Shown here: piece after piece, positions 22,798 through 36,000 of the stretch | Numbering within the stretch: the stretch's first letter is position 1 | How the letters are laid out: the number at the start of each line of letters is the position of its first letter | Assembly: GCA_002633005.1 (NCBI GenBank) | Contig: NMRA01000009.1 | Coordinates: 1,334,761 to 1,398,760 of the forward strand | Reading direction: 5' to 3' | DNA: 64,000 nucleotides | Origin: Phoronis australis | Lineage: Eukaryota > Animalia > Phoronida | Position numbers and translations under genes: made by a program | Notes under the pieces: generated by a model | The model's database searches: none | Told to the model about the DNA's origin: nothing | Seen by the model: only the letters and a program-made list of their open reading frames with translations

Positions 22798-23975
22798 GGG
22801 GCAGGGCCCTCGATGCCTCAAATTAATATGGGGCCTAATGTCTGCCTCGAAAATACAGCATTTGAAAGTTGCACGAAAATCCCCTGATCAGGTCCAAATG
22901 ATAGATGAGTTTCTCTTGAGACCAAAAAAATTCTCTCTTAGATGGCACAGGCACCTCTATCCCAGGTGAGTGTCAGCTCCCTGTGGTGTGGGTAGTCCTG
23001 TCAAAGAGGTTTACAACATCTGCTGCCCAGAAGGGTGATTGTTTCACAACCAGGTTCCTGACATAAAATCACTTCGAAGGGAGTGTCTTATGTGACATGA
23101 TCCTATCAAAGGGTTTCACTCTGGGAGTCTGGAATCTCTAAAAAATCCAAAACGCTTGCACAGATGCACAGGAAAAAAGTGGCGGCTTTTTGAATGAGTT
23201 GGCCAAATAGGCTATACCCTTTCTAAAAATCTCATTTTTGTGAAACCTGATAACTGAAACTTGAAAACTCATCAGTTGGTTGGTCTATGTGTACATGTTC
23301 TTTCCTACAAATCTGGTTTACAAACATTTAATTTTTTTAATTTGCTGGACTTCTCATACCAATTTCTGGATCCTCCCCTGGGTCATTCTTTATTTGAGAA
23401 ATTGATACTTTAAAATTCTTTGGTATAGACTCGGATGCATTTGTCCCTGAACAATGTTCTTCAGTGGTAGTAACTGGTTCTTAAATCAGTTTTAAATCAG
23501 GAACCCACCTATCCGACTGTTACCAATACTTAAATATATCAGGATGCTGTTTTTTGAAGAGTAATATAATTTTGTAAAATGCTTATTTTACATCGGTGTG
23601 ACAGCTGTAACAAACAAAATAGCACAGGTGCTAGTGAGTGATATGATATGTGAAGGAAGTTTCACAGAAAGTTTCGACTTTTTGCTAAAAATTAGTCTAT
23701 GGATGACTTAGCCTGTTTTGTGAATTCAGGATAAGTCTAAGTAAGACTGACAGAGTTGCTGAGTATGAGCAGGGTAAATTAAGTAGTGTCTGTTTGAGTC
23801 TGTAGAAGGTCTAATTAAAGTGTCAGCATTTCTGTGTTGTGGACTTCATTTCGCAAAATTCCAACACCACTCTCCCATTATTATTAATATTATTATTATT
23901 GTTATTAAGAAAATCTGTGTGACTGGTCCCAGGTTCATCAACTTAAAGTAAGAATTTTCATTTTTCAGAACTCCA

Positions 23976-26900
23976 ATGCCCGGTGACATCAGTATGGCCA
24001 GCATGACAGATAGTCATCGGCTGTTTCTGCAAGCTATTCTGTCAAGACACATACTCAGTACACCTGAAGTCAGACGCCTATATAGACAGTCATGTGAAAG
24101 ATTTGGTGGTTAGTAATGGAGGATTGTTGAAAGTAAATTTAGCCTAGGCAGTAGGCATGCTCTAATTTTAAGGATAACGTGCAACGCCATCAATGAAAGC
24201 CATTTTGGTTCATGTTTTTGGGTGGAATTTTGTTTTGGTTTGTTATATCACGAGTTGGTTTCCTTATTACGTGTGTGGACTCAATGGATTCATTGATTGC
24301 TGAGTTGATTTATTCTAGTTTGAAGTTTTCGTCTTTGCCTTTACCTAATTGGTGCCGTCTTGGGAGGACTTCACATAAATTTGTTTGTTAACTATTTTGC
24401 GGCATCATCTGAGCAACATGGCTGTTGTACTCGAAAACATAGTTCCTTATTCACAAAAACTGTTCACTGATCTCCAAACTGGTATACCGATATTGAGACC
24501 GTGAGCCATGTTTGTGAATACAGGCTTGAGGTTGCGTAAACCTTATTGTGTGTGATGGGCCCATGAGCTGTGTTTGTGAGTCAGTGAACTAAGTTTATTG
24601 GACCCATGAGCTGTGTTTGTGAGTCTGAACTAGAAAACAGATATTGCCATACCTACTGAAATGGTGGTGACTTGTAGAATGATAGTTTAGTATTTACCTT
24701 GCTTTTTTCATGCCGTCAGACCTCCCCACCGTATCACGTAACTTTGAAATTATTTTTTTCTATTCAAGAGGTCTCTTCTGATGATCAACTAGCCCCCTTT
24801 GTTGTCACCATAAACCAAAATATATCGCCAATCCACATGGAGATCAAGAAGGGTGTGTGTGAAGAAACTGGTGCCAACTATTATGCTCTGGTAAGATTAC
24901 CGTGGTGATGGACAGTCATGTCTGGTGTGATCTAATGTGAAATTGGGCTATCTATTATTCTGTGGTGAGATAAGCGTGGTGCTGGACTTGGTATGACTGA
25001 TGTGATGTGTAATGAAACTGGTGCCATCTATTATGACATCTTTCGACTTTCCATCTGATATTTGCTCACAAGATTACTTCGAGGTGTTGCTGGACATCAC
25101 ACAAATCAAAGAAGTGACATTGTCGCATGTTTTTATGTGCCAACGCCATCACTGTACATCACATCCTATCATTACTGTAATTTGAAACGGAGAGAAAGTT
25201 CTGACTTTATATTAAACCATTCTTCTAGAGGGTGTTTATATAGTCATTTAGAGCGAAAGTTAAGTTTGAATTTAGGTACAATATGATTTCTAAATTGTAG
25301 GTAGTTCACGTGAAAGTTTTTAAGAAAAACACTGGAAAACCATGTCTAGTGTGTTGATACTATCGATTGATTGGAATGAAATCTTAAATTGATTTTCAAT
25401 TGAGAAGTCAAGCAAAAATGTCGCATCTACCAATTTAGTGGAGCGCAATTATATTATGGCTAGTTGTTCACCAGAAGGTTTATCTGAGATTAAACTGTAA
25501 TCATTCATTGGTAACACAACATATTTAGACTTTTTCGACTCACTTCTCAGAACTATTTTCCGTATTTAGCACAACATCATTGCAAAATAGGATGATAGAC
25601 TGATATTGGTAAACCTGATAGCTGGAATTGTCAATTCAAACTTAAGATTGCAATTTGTAACACGCAAAGCCAAGTTTATTGTGATGAAAGCAGATATATG
25701 GATCAAGATCTTATACACACAGGTTTCACTTTCAGTTCGATCATTATAGTGGAACTTGAAATTCACGTGGAAATGGAATCTGCAAGTAATTAAATACCCA
25801 AGATCACAAGTATTTGTTGCTTCTTTGCTTGCGTTTCAAATAAAAGCAAGCAATTAAAAGCAAGCTTTCAACCAAGAATCTGATGAAACAGTGGTGTCGT
25901 TGGAAACTGTTGTTTCGGCCTGAATTTCCCAACTTCAACCCGAGACTTCAGATTTAGACCTGGAATTTTTTGGAGGTAAAAATTGTCAACCTTGGAACTT
26001 TTCCTGTGTTAAAACTGATGCTGGACTAATGCGTCTGTCAGGTGTGGTCTGAAGTGAAACTGGTGCCATCTAGTATGCTATGGTAAAAATAATTTTTTCA
26101 GCAAATGTCTCTGATTTGATGTGGCGTCTCGGTGTTACGGAGTGCGGTTGCAGTATTGTGATATACAATCGCACAGTTTCTGTTTATACTGTCAGTGTTG
26201 CAATGTGCAGTACTTGTGCTGTTTATACTGTCAGTGTTGCAATGTGCAGTACTTGTGCTGTTTATACTGCCAGTGTTGCAATGTGCAGCAGTTGTACAGC
26301 TGCTGTTTATACTGTCAGTGTTGCAATGTGCAGTACATGTGCTGTTTATACTGTCAGTGTTGCAATGTGCAGTACATGTGCTGTTTATACTGTCAGTGTT
26401 GCAATGTGCAGTACTTGTGTTGTGCAGTCTCAAAGTTATTTTTTCTAGTCACTAATTGTGTACAGTCATTGGCTTATCATTGTTGCAGGTGAGCACACAA
26501 GAGAGCACCATTACTAAATGCTCCCCAGACTACACAGTCAACGAGTTGGAGCTGTTCAAAAAAATAGTGAGTCCTCTTGTAGACAGTAGAGATCTCTAGC
26601 AGCATAGCATGAAAATAAATTAGTTTTTGAAACAGGGAAATTCATTTTTCATCTAATAAAGTGGTAAATACCTCCAGAAACTGAAGATACAAAAAGTTTT
26701 TGCGGATATAACTTGTATCATTAAATGACTGTAGATACCAATATGATTTGAATTCCTTTTTCATCTTCTGTGATCTTGGTCTAAAAAACCTAGTTGGTTC
26801 TGGTCTCCGTTGTTTTTTTTAATTGAGTCAGTGGTGCTGAAAATTTTGGTTGATAACTTTTTCAAAATAGAAAATCCACCTGAGATGAGGAAAAATGATG

Positions 26901-29900
26901 GGTGATTTTCTTTTACTTGTCGCTTGGCAAATCATGGTGTTTCAAACCTTGCTTACCACTGTTTACGTGCTTTGAGCAGCTTTTCAAAAAACAAGAACTT
27001 GGTTGAAATCGGTACTGGCTTGTATTTTTTAGTTGGTAAACGCATGTATCGAAATGAGTCGGAGTACAGACCAGAACCAACTGTCTTTTTTGCCTTAACT
27101 GTATCTGTTGAACTATTAGAGGCTGGCCATTGACTTAAGTTGCACTTGAAGCCTAAGTCAGACTGTCATGGTACTACCTGCAGTATCTCCTTAGCTTGTT
27201 GCTCACAGTTCTAAGACTTTAGCCACTGAAATTGTGTTGATATAGGTCACAGTCACTCCCAGATGCCTTCAGTGGCCTGTTTGTTGGGTCTACAGTCACG
27301 ACACAATTGATGCCATGGTTTTACTGCCCTGTCACTAAGGTGTACGTGATTCACAGTGGAGCTATAGTGAACCACTGCAGTTTTAAACAACTGCCGTTGC
27401 GACAATGTCATCAAAAAATCAAAAGATGGAGTTCAGTTTGCCATTGGTTTCACCATGGTTACCATGGTTAACCCCAGTATCCATCACTTAGGATTTAAAC
27501 CATGATTCGAATTTAGGCTTTAGAATTTACAACATTGGCGATAGGGCTGTTTCAATACCATTTCACTAGAATTGATTGCTGTTGTATATTCTTATTATTA
27601 AATGCTTTTGACTTGTGTAGACAATTTAACCACCTGTTAAATGGTTGATTTCAGGCTCGAAATAATGAACACATTCTTTTGTAAATAATTGTATTGTAAT
27701 ACTTGGGAGCACATTCAGCAATCCTGCAGTTATTTTTTATAAACTCGTTTACAGTATTATAAATTCTTTGTTCTAAAATGCCGACTGCATTGCTAATTAT
27801 TACGTAACTTCTCTCAGTGGTGGCAACAATGTTCATAAAATTTGTTCCTGTTTCCACGGTACGTGCTAAATTGATGAAGAATTGATGTTGGTTCAAACAC
27901 ACACCCACTCGTCTCAGACACACACCCACTCCTCTCAAACACACACCCACTCCTCTCAAACACACACCCACTCCTCTCAAACACACACCCACTCCTCTCA
28001 AACACACACCCACTCCTCTCAAACACACACCCACTCCTCTCAAACACACACCCACTCCTCTCAAACACACACCCACTCCTCTCAAACACACACCCACTCC
28101 TCTCAAACACACACCCACTCCTCTCAAACACACACCCACTCCTCTCAAACACACACCCACTCCTCTCAAACACACACCCACTCCTCTCAAACACACACCC
28201 ACTCCTCTCAAACACACACCCACTCCTCTCAAACACACACCCACTCCTCTCAAACACACACCCACTCCTCTCAAACACACACCCACTCCTCTCAAACACA
28301 CACCCACTCCTCTCAAACACACACCCACTCCTCTCAGACACACACCCACTCCTCTCAAACACACACCCACTCCTCTCAGACACACACCCACTCCTCTCAA
28401 ACACACACCCACTCCTCTCAAACACACACCCACTCCTCTCAAACACACATCCACTCCTCTCAAACACACACCCACTCCTCTCAAACAAACACCCACTCCT
28501 CTCAAACACACATCCACTCCTCTCAAACACACACCCACTCCTACCAAACAATTCTATTTTCAAATGAAAGTCATTGTTGCTTACACTGCTTTACATTTCA
28601 GGTTGAAAAGATAGTTGAAAGTGAGAATGGCACCATCAAATCCATTGAAGCCACAAACTTGTGTGATGAACTTGAGAGAAAGATTAATAAGAAAGATGGT
28701 GATGAGGTCATTGCACGCATGGTAGATGACAAATGGTTTCTTTTTGTGAGTACACTGTCCTCATTTTGCAAGTACTGATTATTAACCTTCACAGGGCAGG
28801 ACTTCTGAGGAGGTACTTTTGTTAATTTGTGTGTTGGTAATTTGATTGTCACTTGAACCAAGGACATTTTGTTCCTTTCTGGGAAAAACTGACAATTTGT
28901 TATTATGTGTGACCAGTTGATTTTTCAAAATTTATCATATGATAGTGGATGTCGAAAGGTGGAGTTGCTGACTGTTGTGTCATAATGCCACAATGCGTTT
29001 GTCAGGTCATGGATTTGTATGAGATTTTTATGAGATTCGAAGTGGACAAAATGTTTTATGTGTTGTTTATTGTTTTTTTACTTTCTATTTCAATAGAACA
29101 ATGGTAAGATATCTCTTCATACACGGGCCTTACTTGAACTGGAGCAATATCTCAAAGAACAATTTCCTGAGGAAGTGGTCTGTTGTGAATTGTGCAAGAA
29201 AGTCTGCTTAAAGGTATTTTATTGGCTGGTGGAATATCAACAGATAGTCACTTTGTTCACTTTAGTGTTGAATCAAGGAAGAAAGCAGTCCATATTCACC
29301 CACAATATTACGTGCGAGACCAGGACTTTAACCATCTGTGATGTTTTGCCACTGGCATCAGGCAAATGACAAGCATTATTGAGCGTCTCCCAAAGTTCGC
29401 TGCCATTAAAGGAGAGTTCAGTATTGAATTCACTAAGTGTCCTATGATTCCCTCTTTGGCTATTGGATGTATGTCTGATATCAGTTGCAAGTTTCCAAAG
29501 AGCGATGTTAGTCCTCGTGGTGCATCTGTATGTTTTACGATTTTGGTGCGATATCTCAAGAAGAGAATGTAAGATTGTTTGTAATCTGTAGCGTAGTGTA
29601 GATGGGGCAACTCCAGACGTTAGATGATTTGGTGACCTTGATATCATTTTCAAGGTCACAGTGAGAAAATCAAATTTGGAGAATGTTGGTGACGTGTTAT
29701 CTCAAGACGGGAGTTTTAGATCTAATTTGTTAATATTTTTACAGAGGTATAGATGTACTCCAGATGTCAGTGACCTTGACATCAGTTTCGGTATCATGGC
29801 GAGAAATCGAGTTTTTGTTTTGAAAAATGTTGGTGCGATATCTCAACAAGAGGTTTTTAGATTATGTCCATATTTTGTGCTGAAGTGTAAGTGGGCCATT

Positions 29901-31475
29901 TCCAGGTGCAGCTTGATTTTGGCAACCTTGTCTACATTTGCAAGATCATGGTGAAAAATTTAAGAGTTCTACTGGGAAAATGTTAGCACACCTCAAAAGG
30001 AAAATGATTGTAGACTTTGATTGTATTTTTCGGGGGAGTAGTTGAGGCATCTATGAGTGCCAATCATGTTTACTTATTAAGTGACCTTTAAGAGTAAAAT
30101 GTTCTGTTTGGAAAATATTGTTGGCGGGATATCTGATGAAGGAAACTTCGCATTTTTTTCATATTTTGCTTTGAGGTGTAGACGTGGTGTCTCTATGCAC
30201 GAAGTGAATTTGGTAATTTTGACCTTGTTCTCAAGGTCATGACAAATGTTGAAGCAACATCGCATCATGCAATGCATGAAAGTTTATTTATTAAAGTGAA
30301 ATTTTCTCATTTGAATTTTTTGGGAATTGTAATAGAGTGACCATTTTCAGAGATGTTGGAAATAAAGTGTTGTAAATATATTCATCTGGCTTACCTTTAC
30401 ACTTAAAATTCATTAGTCCATGGAAGTTGTAGCCTTTTAAGGAATGCACACATGTTTAAAAACATGTGTGCATTCCTGTATGCAACAGGACACAGTTTGG
30501 TCTTCCTGTGACAAATACTTGTTGGATTGAGTTTTTAAATGTGTAACAAGTCAGGAGTCGGGCATTCATCAGCTTCAAAAGTAAGTTGGACTATTATCAA
30601 TTTCATTAGTGGTTGTGCACAGTTAGGTAGACCAGGCATGATCATAAAGTGTTGTAGACCAGGCATGATCATAAAGTGTTGTCAAGTGTCAACATCTTTG
30701 TTTATTCCTTCTAGGGACAGTGCTGTACTTACTGCCCGGTCAAGTTACACCACCATTGTGCGAAGCGCTTCTTCAATCAAGGCAAGACAGCGTGTCCAGC
30801 AAGAGGCTGTGGTAAACCTTGGCCATCATCAGGTAAGTCAGCACTACACGGTCACACGTACTTTCACATCACGAGATAACACTGCCACCATCTCCGCATT
30901 TAATTGTATAAACATCATTAACGTCACTGTTTGTATACAATTTTACATGTTGTAATACCTTGTGCAGGTATGATTCGACATTGCCATGAAACAGAACTAC
31001 CCCAGGTGCTCATATAGTCAAGAGATTACAATAGACATATCCTTGGTTTAGTGATGCAATTATTTGCCAGTTTTCAACTCTGAAATTAGATCTTGCATCC
31101 TAAAATGCAAGTTAGCTGTGATGTCACCAGATGTTCAGAGCTGATAACCGTCAAACAATGCATTTGAGAAACAACAGCAGTGCCACTAATTGAATATTTT
31201 AAGTAGGTGAAGTCCCCGAATATTTCTCACACACGCACACATGCACCATTTTTAAAATGATCAAATTTCAAGTTTCGTCATGCTGAAGTGTTTCGCGGAC
31301 TTTCCTTTCGTGACGGCCATTTGCATATTCTTAACTAAAAGAACCATGAACCACTTTGTGCATGAAGAGACCTCTCTCAGCCTGTTGTTCATGTAACATT
31401 GCAGGTGCCTCGCTCGGTCAACAAGCTACAACAACAGGAGAGTCATCGCAAAAGTCAAGAAAGAGGCGACGCTGA
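23976..31475 (+). CDS. NSMCE1: Non-structural maintenance of chromosomes element 1 (SMC5/6 subunit NSE1), 7 coding exons, ~260 aa
   Basis: Exons 23976-24108, 24769-24890, 26489-26566, 28602-28745, 29097-29213, 30715-30832, 31405-31475 (783 nt, phases consistent). N-terminal MTDSHRLFLQ, then MEIKKGVCEETG, ELELFKK, RALLELEQYL and the C-terminal RING-like CELC..C..C..KLHHHC..CP..C..W of Nse1. An acceptor at 23968 implies an upstream non-coding exon; the start could be the ATG at 23976, 23994 or 24003. Confidence 0.9.
24864..25035 (+). repeat. Degenerate ~75-bp tandem repeat overlapping an NSMCE1 exon end and donor
   Basis: The unit GAAACTGGTGCCAACTATTATGCTCTG|GTAAGAT.. recurs at ~24939 and ~25014; a further copy lies at ~26056. 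Confidence 0.7.
26180..26422. repeat. 39-bp minisatellite, ~6 copies
   Basis: Unit TGTTTATACTGTCAGTGTTGCAATGTGCAGTACTTGTGC. Confidence 0.93.
26778..27094. mobile_element. Second copy of the GGCC-TIR MITE family in an NSMCE1 intron
   Basis: Collinear similarity to 46701-46981 with decayed TIRs. Confidence 0.6.
27893..28545. repeat. 21-bp minisatellite, ~31 copies
   Basis: Unit CAAACACACACCCACTCCTCT, highly homogeneous. Confidence 0.96.
29540..30250 (+). mobile_element. Old, degenerate HINE-like repeat with ~150-bp subunits
   Basis: Recurrent TTTGGTGACCTTGA..TTTTCAAGGTCA and GGTGCGATATCTCAA motifs at roughly 130-150 bp spacing; no clear termini. Confidence 0.45.
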
Positions 31476-32669
31476 TGTGAATACTAGGCTATATTTTACA
31501 ACCGAGAGTTCAAGAGCATCGTATACTATTGACTGGCCCACACTTGCCTTGTTCATCTCTGAGGCACGTGAGTCACTCTTACTGTACGATTGTTTGTAGA
31601 CTTGACAGAAGTTTGATCAGAGTAATATCGAGATTGGTACGGGCAAGAGGACTGTGTTTGTTTCTGTTTGTGCACCCAGTTGAAAGGCGTTGTGCTCTGT
31701 GCATGATTGCAGTCGCCTTGTTTACTTATTAAATACAGACTTCATATCATATCTGGTTAGATGACTGGTCAGAAATTTGAAGAAAGTGAATGTGGACACT
31801 TGCGTAACATCTGGTCAGCTATCTAATTGTTATCCGAGACTAGCTGACAGTGCTGTCTTTAACTTAGATGACTTAAGGTAGACAAACTTGAGCAGCTAGC
31901 CTGTGTGTTTTGTCAAACATCAAAAATGCATACTACAATATATACATCGGATAATCCATCATTTTGACAACCAAGGCAAAAACAAATCATCCATTTGGCG
32001 GTTTATTAGTAATGACCTCACAGATGTGCTTAACAGGACTGCAATAGTCACATTCCTCAAAGGCTTACATGGAGATGGTTTTATTCCACTGTCTTTATAA
32101 AATTGCTGGTAAAAACTCTGATGGTTGCCAAAACCCTATGTAATCAAATCACCTTGCAGGCTGGGACCATGTGACGGTTTGTAACAACAAAGTATAATGT
32201 TAATCTATAATATTTTCTGGAATAGAGAGCAACAGAGTAGACACAACAAATTAGGAATGGTGAGTTACATATATTCAAATCATGGTAAATAAATCACCAC
32301 TGGCAAAAGGCGACGACAAATCCATGCCATGAAGGATTATCCGAGGTATATATTGTGTGTTGTATTTTCTAAAAAAAAATGTAAGCTTTAGGTAGAATAT
32401 TGAATTTCATACCAGTCTACCATTGATTTGGGTTCACATTTAACTTGCCATTTTTGTAAAATTTAGAAAATTGTACAGTCAAAGTATAGCACCCATATAA
32501 TATCAAATGACCGATATTTTTTCATAGCTCAGATGTCTGAATTGCTGTTAAACAAAAACTCCCCAGAAAGCACCATGCTCTCCTAAAAATCTCACCAGTG
32601 CTCGAGCAAGCCTGTTAAATTCCCTAACTTTAGTTGACTGGCATGCGTAACGGTCATGGCGGGCGGTAG

Positions 32670-32861
32670 AAGTGGTATTTTTCTAACTTTTAACAAATTG
32701 ATTTAAGTCATCTTGTTCACTTTTCATCAGTTGATCTTGATCCAACATGATTTTTCCTAAAGTGCCGGAACGGAAATGTCTCAGCACTACGTTAGCTGCT
32801 TCCTGAAAATTTGGTTTCACTATCATTCGGCCTTCTGGGCTCTTGACTTTTTGAAATAGTT
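32670..32861 (-). repeat. Duplicate of the 3' part of the MTG1 last exon including the stop codon, ending at an N join
   Basis: Matches ~33011-33202 with 3 substitutions; N at 32862. Confidence 0.85.
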
Positions 32862-33023
32862 NTCGAGTTGATCTTGTCTGTTCCCACTGCAGAAAGTGTA
32901 ATTATCAACTGGTCGATGAGTCCAATTAAAGATTTATGTCATTCCACCTCATCACAGTAGGTATTATTCCCACAATGCCACTGCAAGCTCCACCGTATCA
33001 CTGACATTAAAAGTGGTATTTTT

Positions 33024-36000
33024 CTAACTTTTAACAAATTGATTTAAGTCATCTTGCTCACTTCTCATCAGTTGATCTTGATCCAACATGATTTTTCCTA
33101 AAGTGCCGGAACGGAAATGTCTCAGCACTACGTTAGCTGCTTCCTGAAAGTTTGGTTTCACTATCATTCGGCCTTCTGGGCTCTTGACTTTTTGAAATAG
33201 TTGTTTCTGTTTTGCAATGTGATATAACAAGTCCATTATGTTATCTGTTGCTGCTTGGAGTCCATACTGTTTCACATATCTGGAAATAATAAATATTGTT
33301 ATTTAAAGAGTTGCATTTGCTCTTTACCCCTTGACACCAATTTCATTGTAACAGTTTAAAGATGTATTTGCATGCTCCTAACTATGCTAATGTATAGCAG
33401 GAACTAAATGACAATGCTATTTGAACATCATCTATGCTAAACAAAGTGCAGTTGTATTCATTGACAACTTGTAAATGTGAAAACACTTTTGCAAATAGGT
33501 GACCTTTGCACTAATGACATACCTCACATAACCAGCATCATGCGTGTTATTCTCCAGCACCACGTCACGATACTTATTGGACATGGTTCAGTGATTTGGG
33601 GCGGATCGTTCTTTTTATGTTTTAAAAAACATTTGCAGTCTTCAACCTACTTCATATTCACATAGTCGCTATATGTTGTGTTGCTAATTTGGCCAAGCAA
33701 TCGTAGAGATAAGGAATTAGCCTTCAAGTTTTACTTTAAAGCACCTATATACCACTGTTCTGTCAGAAGAACTAACATTTGACTAATGACAGCTCTGATC
33801 TCTATTCCCAATTCATACGAGAAGTGGTTCTAGGGCTAGGAAAGAATTGATAGCTTGTTATCGCGGAAGACTCAACTTGTTCCTTAAAGTGATGCGTCAT
33901 GACGAGCCAACTTGTAAAGCCTGGTTTCAAGTAATTTGACACCAATTTCATGGTTAAGTGGTCTAAATCCAAATTCTTTTCAATGGATGTCTGGTTTATA
34001 GTGTACCCATGTACCAATGTTTTATCCAGCTCTCGATGCAAATTTGGTGAGTTGAGAGCAGCAATGCTCCCAAACTTATACATTCAAAAACATTACGTAC
34101 TTGTCTAGGTGAACACCCATGTTTAGTTTTATCAACACTTCAACTTTATGCGAATTAGACTGTCTTAAAAATACTCGTGACTTGGTGAACACCTGTTGCA
34201 TGATAAGCTCACAAAATGCATCCGGCTTACCTTGGAGCCATGGATGGTTGGTATTCACATGGTTCAAGAAACTGTTTGTGTCATAAAGACAGATTCATAA
34301 CTATTAAAATTTTGTTTCACTAGTTTCTAAGGAATGAAATAACAGGGTAATAGCGATCCAACATCCCTAACAGCATAATCCAACAGTTTGATGCAATGTC
34401 TATTTGCATTAGAAGACTGAGGTAAATGTTATAACTGTAAGCAGTAGCAGGTGAGAGTCAGAGCTGCCTAAAATGTTAATGATATGAAGGAAACCAACCG
34501 AGTGAGCTTATTAATGGACTATTGTGCACGATCACTTCATTCCAGACGGTAGCTGCTAGCTACGTTCTCCACATTCCACCAATGTTTTATTTGACTCGAG
34601 CACCTGAAGTGCGAAGTATTAAGCGCAGGTCCCAAGACATTAATCATAATTGACCGTTTAGGAGAGTTACACCGTAACCTGTCAAAAATTTTGTTTTTAC
34701 ATTTCCATGGTTCAGTTAATGGCCACTCTCTGACTTCTGAGATTCCCAGTTTAAGTAAGCTGGGTCTCAACCCAGAGTACAATAGTCATTTTCAGTATAC
34801 AACATTAAGATGACATATACAAGATATTTACACATTGGGACCTTGCAGTCATCCGCATCGTCTGCATGTTGCTAGCTGGAGAAAACATCAACGAAGGCTC
34901 TAAACTGCATTGGTGCACAGTTTTCAACAAGTTTCGTAACATTTAACAAAGAATGACACAATCTCAACTGTAACAATGGACAGAAGAAACAAGTTGAAAA
35001 TGAACTTAAACCGAAATACACAGTGGTGTTCTAAAAGTGAATGAATCTTTTATTAACTAGATGGGTTCCAAGTCATCTCAACACTAAGTGCTTACCTAAA
35101 CTTTCCATGTTTGTTCAGCCAATACAACAAGTAATCGGCAATGATATTTTCTCCCACAAGATGGTCCTGCATTGTTGCTAAAATGAAACGAGGAATCAAG
35201 TACATAATGAACACTAGGTCCATTGACCTTTTCATGGTTATTGATTCCCGTGATGTGCAATGGATTGTGGGACATCATCGGTTTTCTACGAGTCTCAGAA
35301 TGAAACCAAAAAATGAAACCAGAATGCACAGCTAAATTTCCAGTCATCAATGGCGAGAAATGTATATTCCACAATTCCTTAATAAACCAAATAATCAATA
35401 CTCAGAAAATGTAACAAGTTGAGGCTCGTAAGCTTACAAGTGCTTGGGCATGCTTTCATAAATTTCCAGGGCTAACAAAACTACAATAACTAAACTGGAA
35501 CACTAATGTTGAGTTGGCCATGAAAAGAAAATGACACTACTTCAATGTACCTTGAATTTGGACATCACATAAGTCATTTATTTTAGGGGATATTTATAGC
35601 AAAGGCATTAACAATTCTCCAAATGGGAAGTGACGTTATGAGTGCACATCTGTGAGTGAACATTTTGAGTTTCACTCACCTCAAAAAATGTCCTCCACAT
35701 CTTGAATTTGATTTTGAATTCTTTCTATCGTTCAAATACTTGACTGTTGATTTCCATTTTGTGTCAATAGCTATTAAGCTCTAAGTATTGAAATTCCATT
35801 TCTTACAATTCCATGAGATGACAAGATGAGAGTGAAGCTGACAAGAATTACAAATGCAAAGTTGTCAAAACAAGGTGAACTTGACTGTCAAAGGTAACAA
35901 GATTGGTCAAAATGACAATTTGTGATTCTGAGAAGCATCAACGTACCATAGATTTATGTTTAGCAAGCAAAGAAAAGTGTACATGAATAAGATTCAATTA

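Noticed and set aside
26080-26492. Metallothionein-like Cys-rich ORFs
   Set aside because: Artefacts of the 39-bp minisatellite, open in four frames.
27651-28778. 249-298 aa ORFs with heptad repeats (GVGVCLR, SGCVFER, SSQTHTH)
   Set aside because: These are translations of a stop-free 21-bp intronic minisatellite, open in several frames on both strands; only 28602-28745 is a real exon.
33780-34800. Coding-looking stretch with short ORFs in MTG1 intron 8
   Set aside because: All frames are interrupted and I recognise no motif; BLASTX would be needed to call a nested gene or TE fossil.
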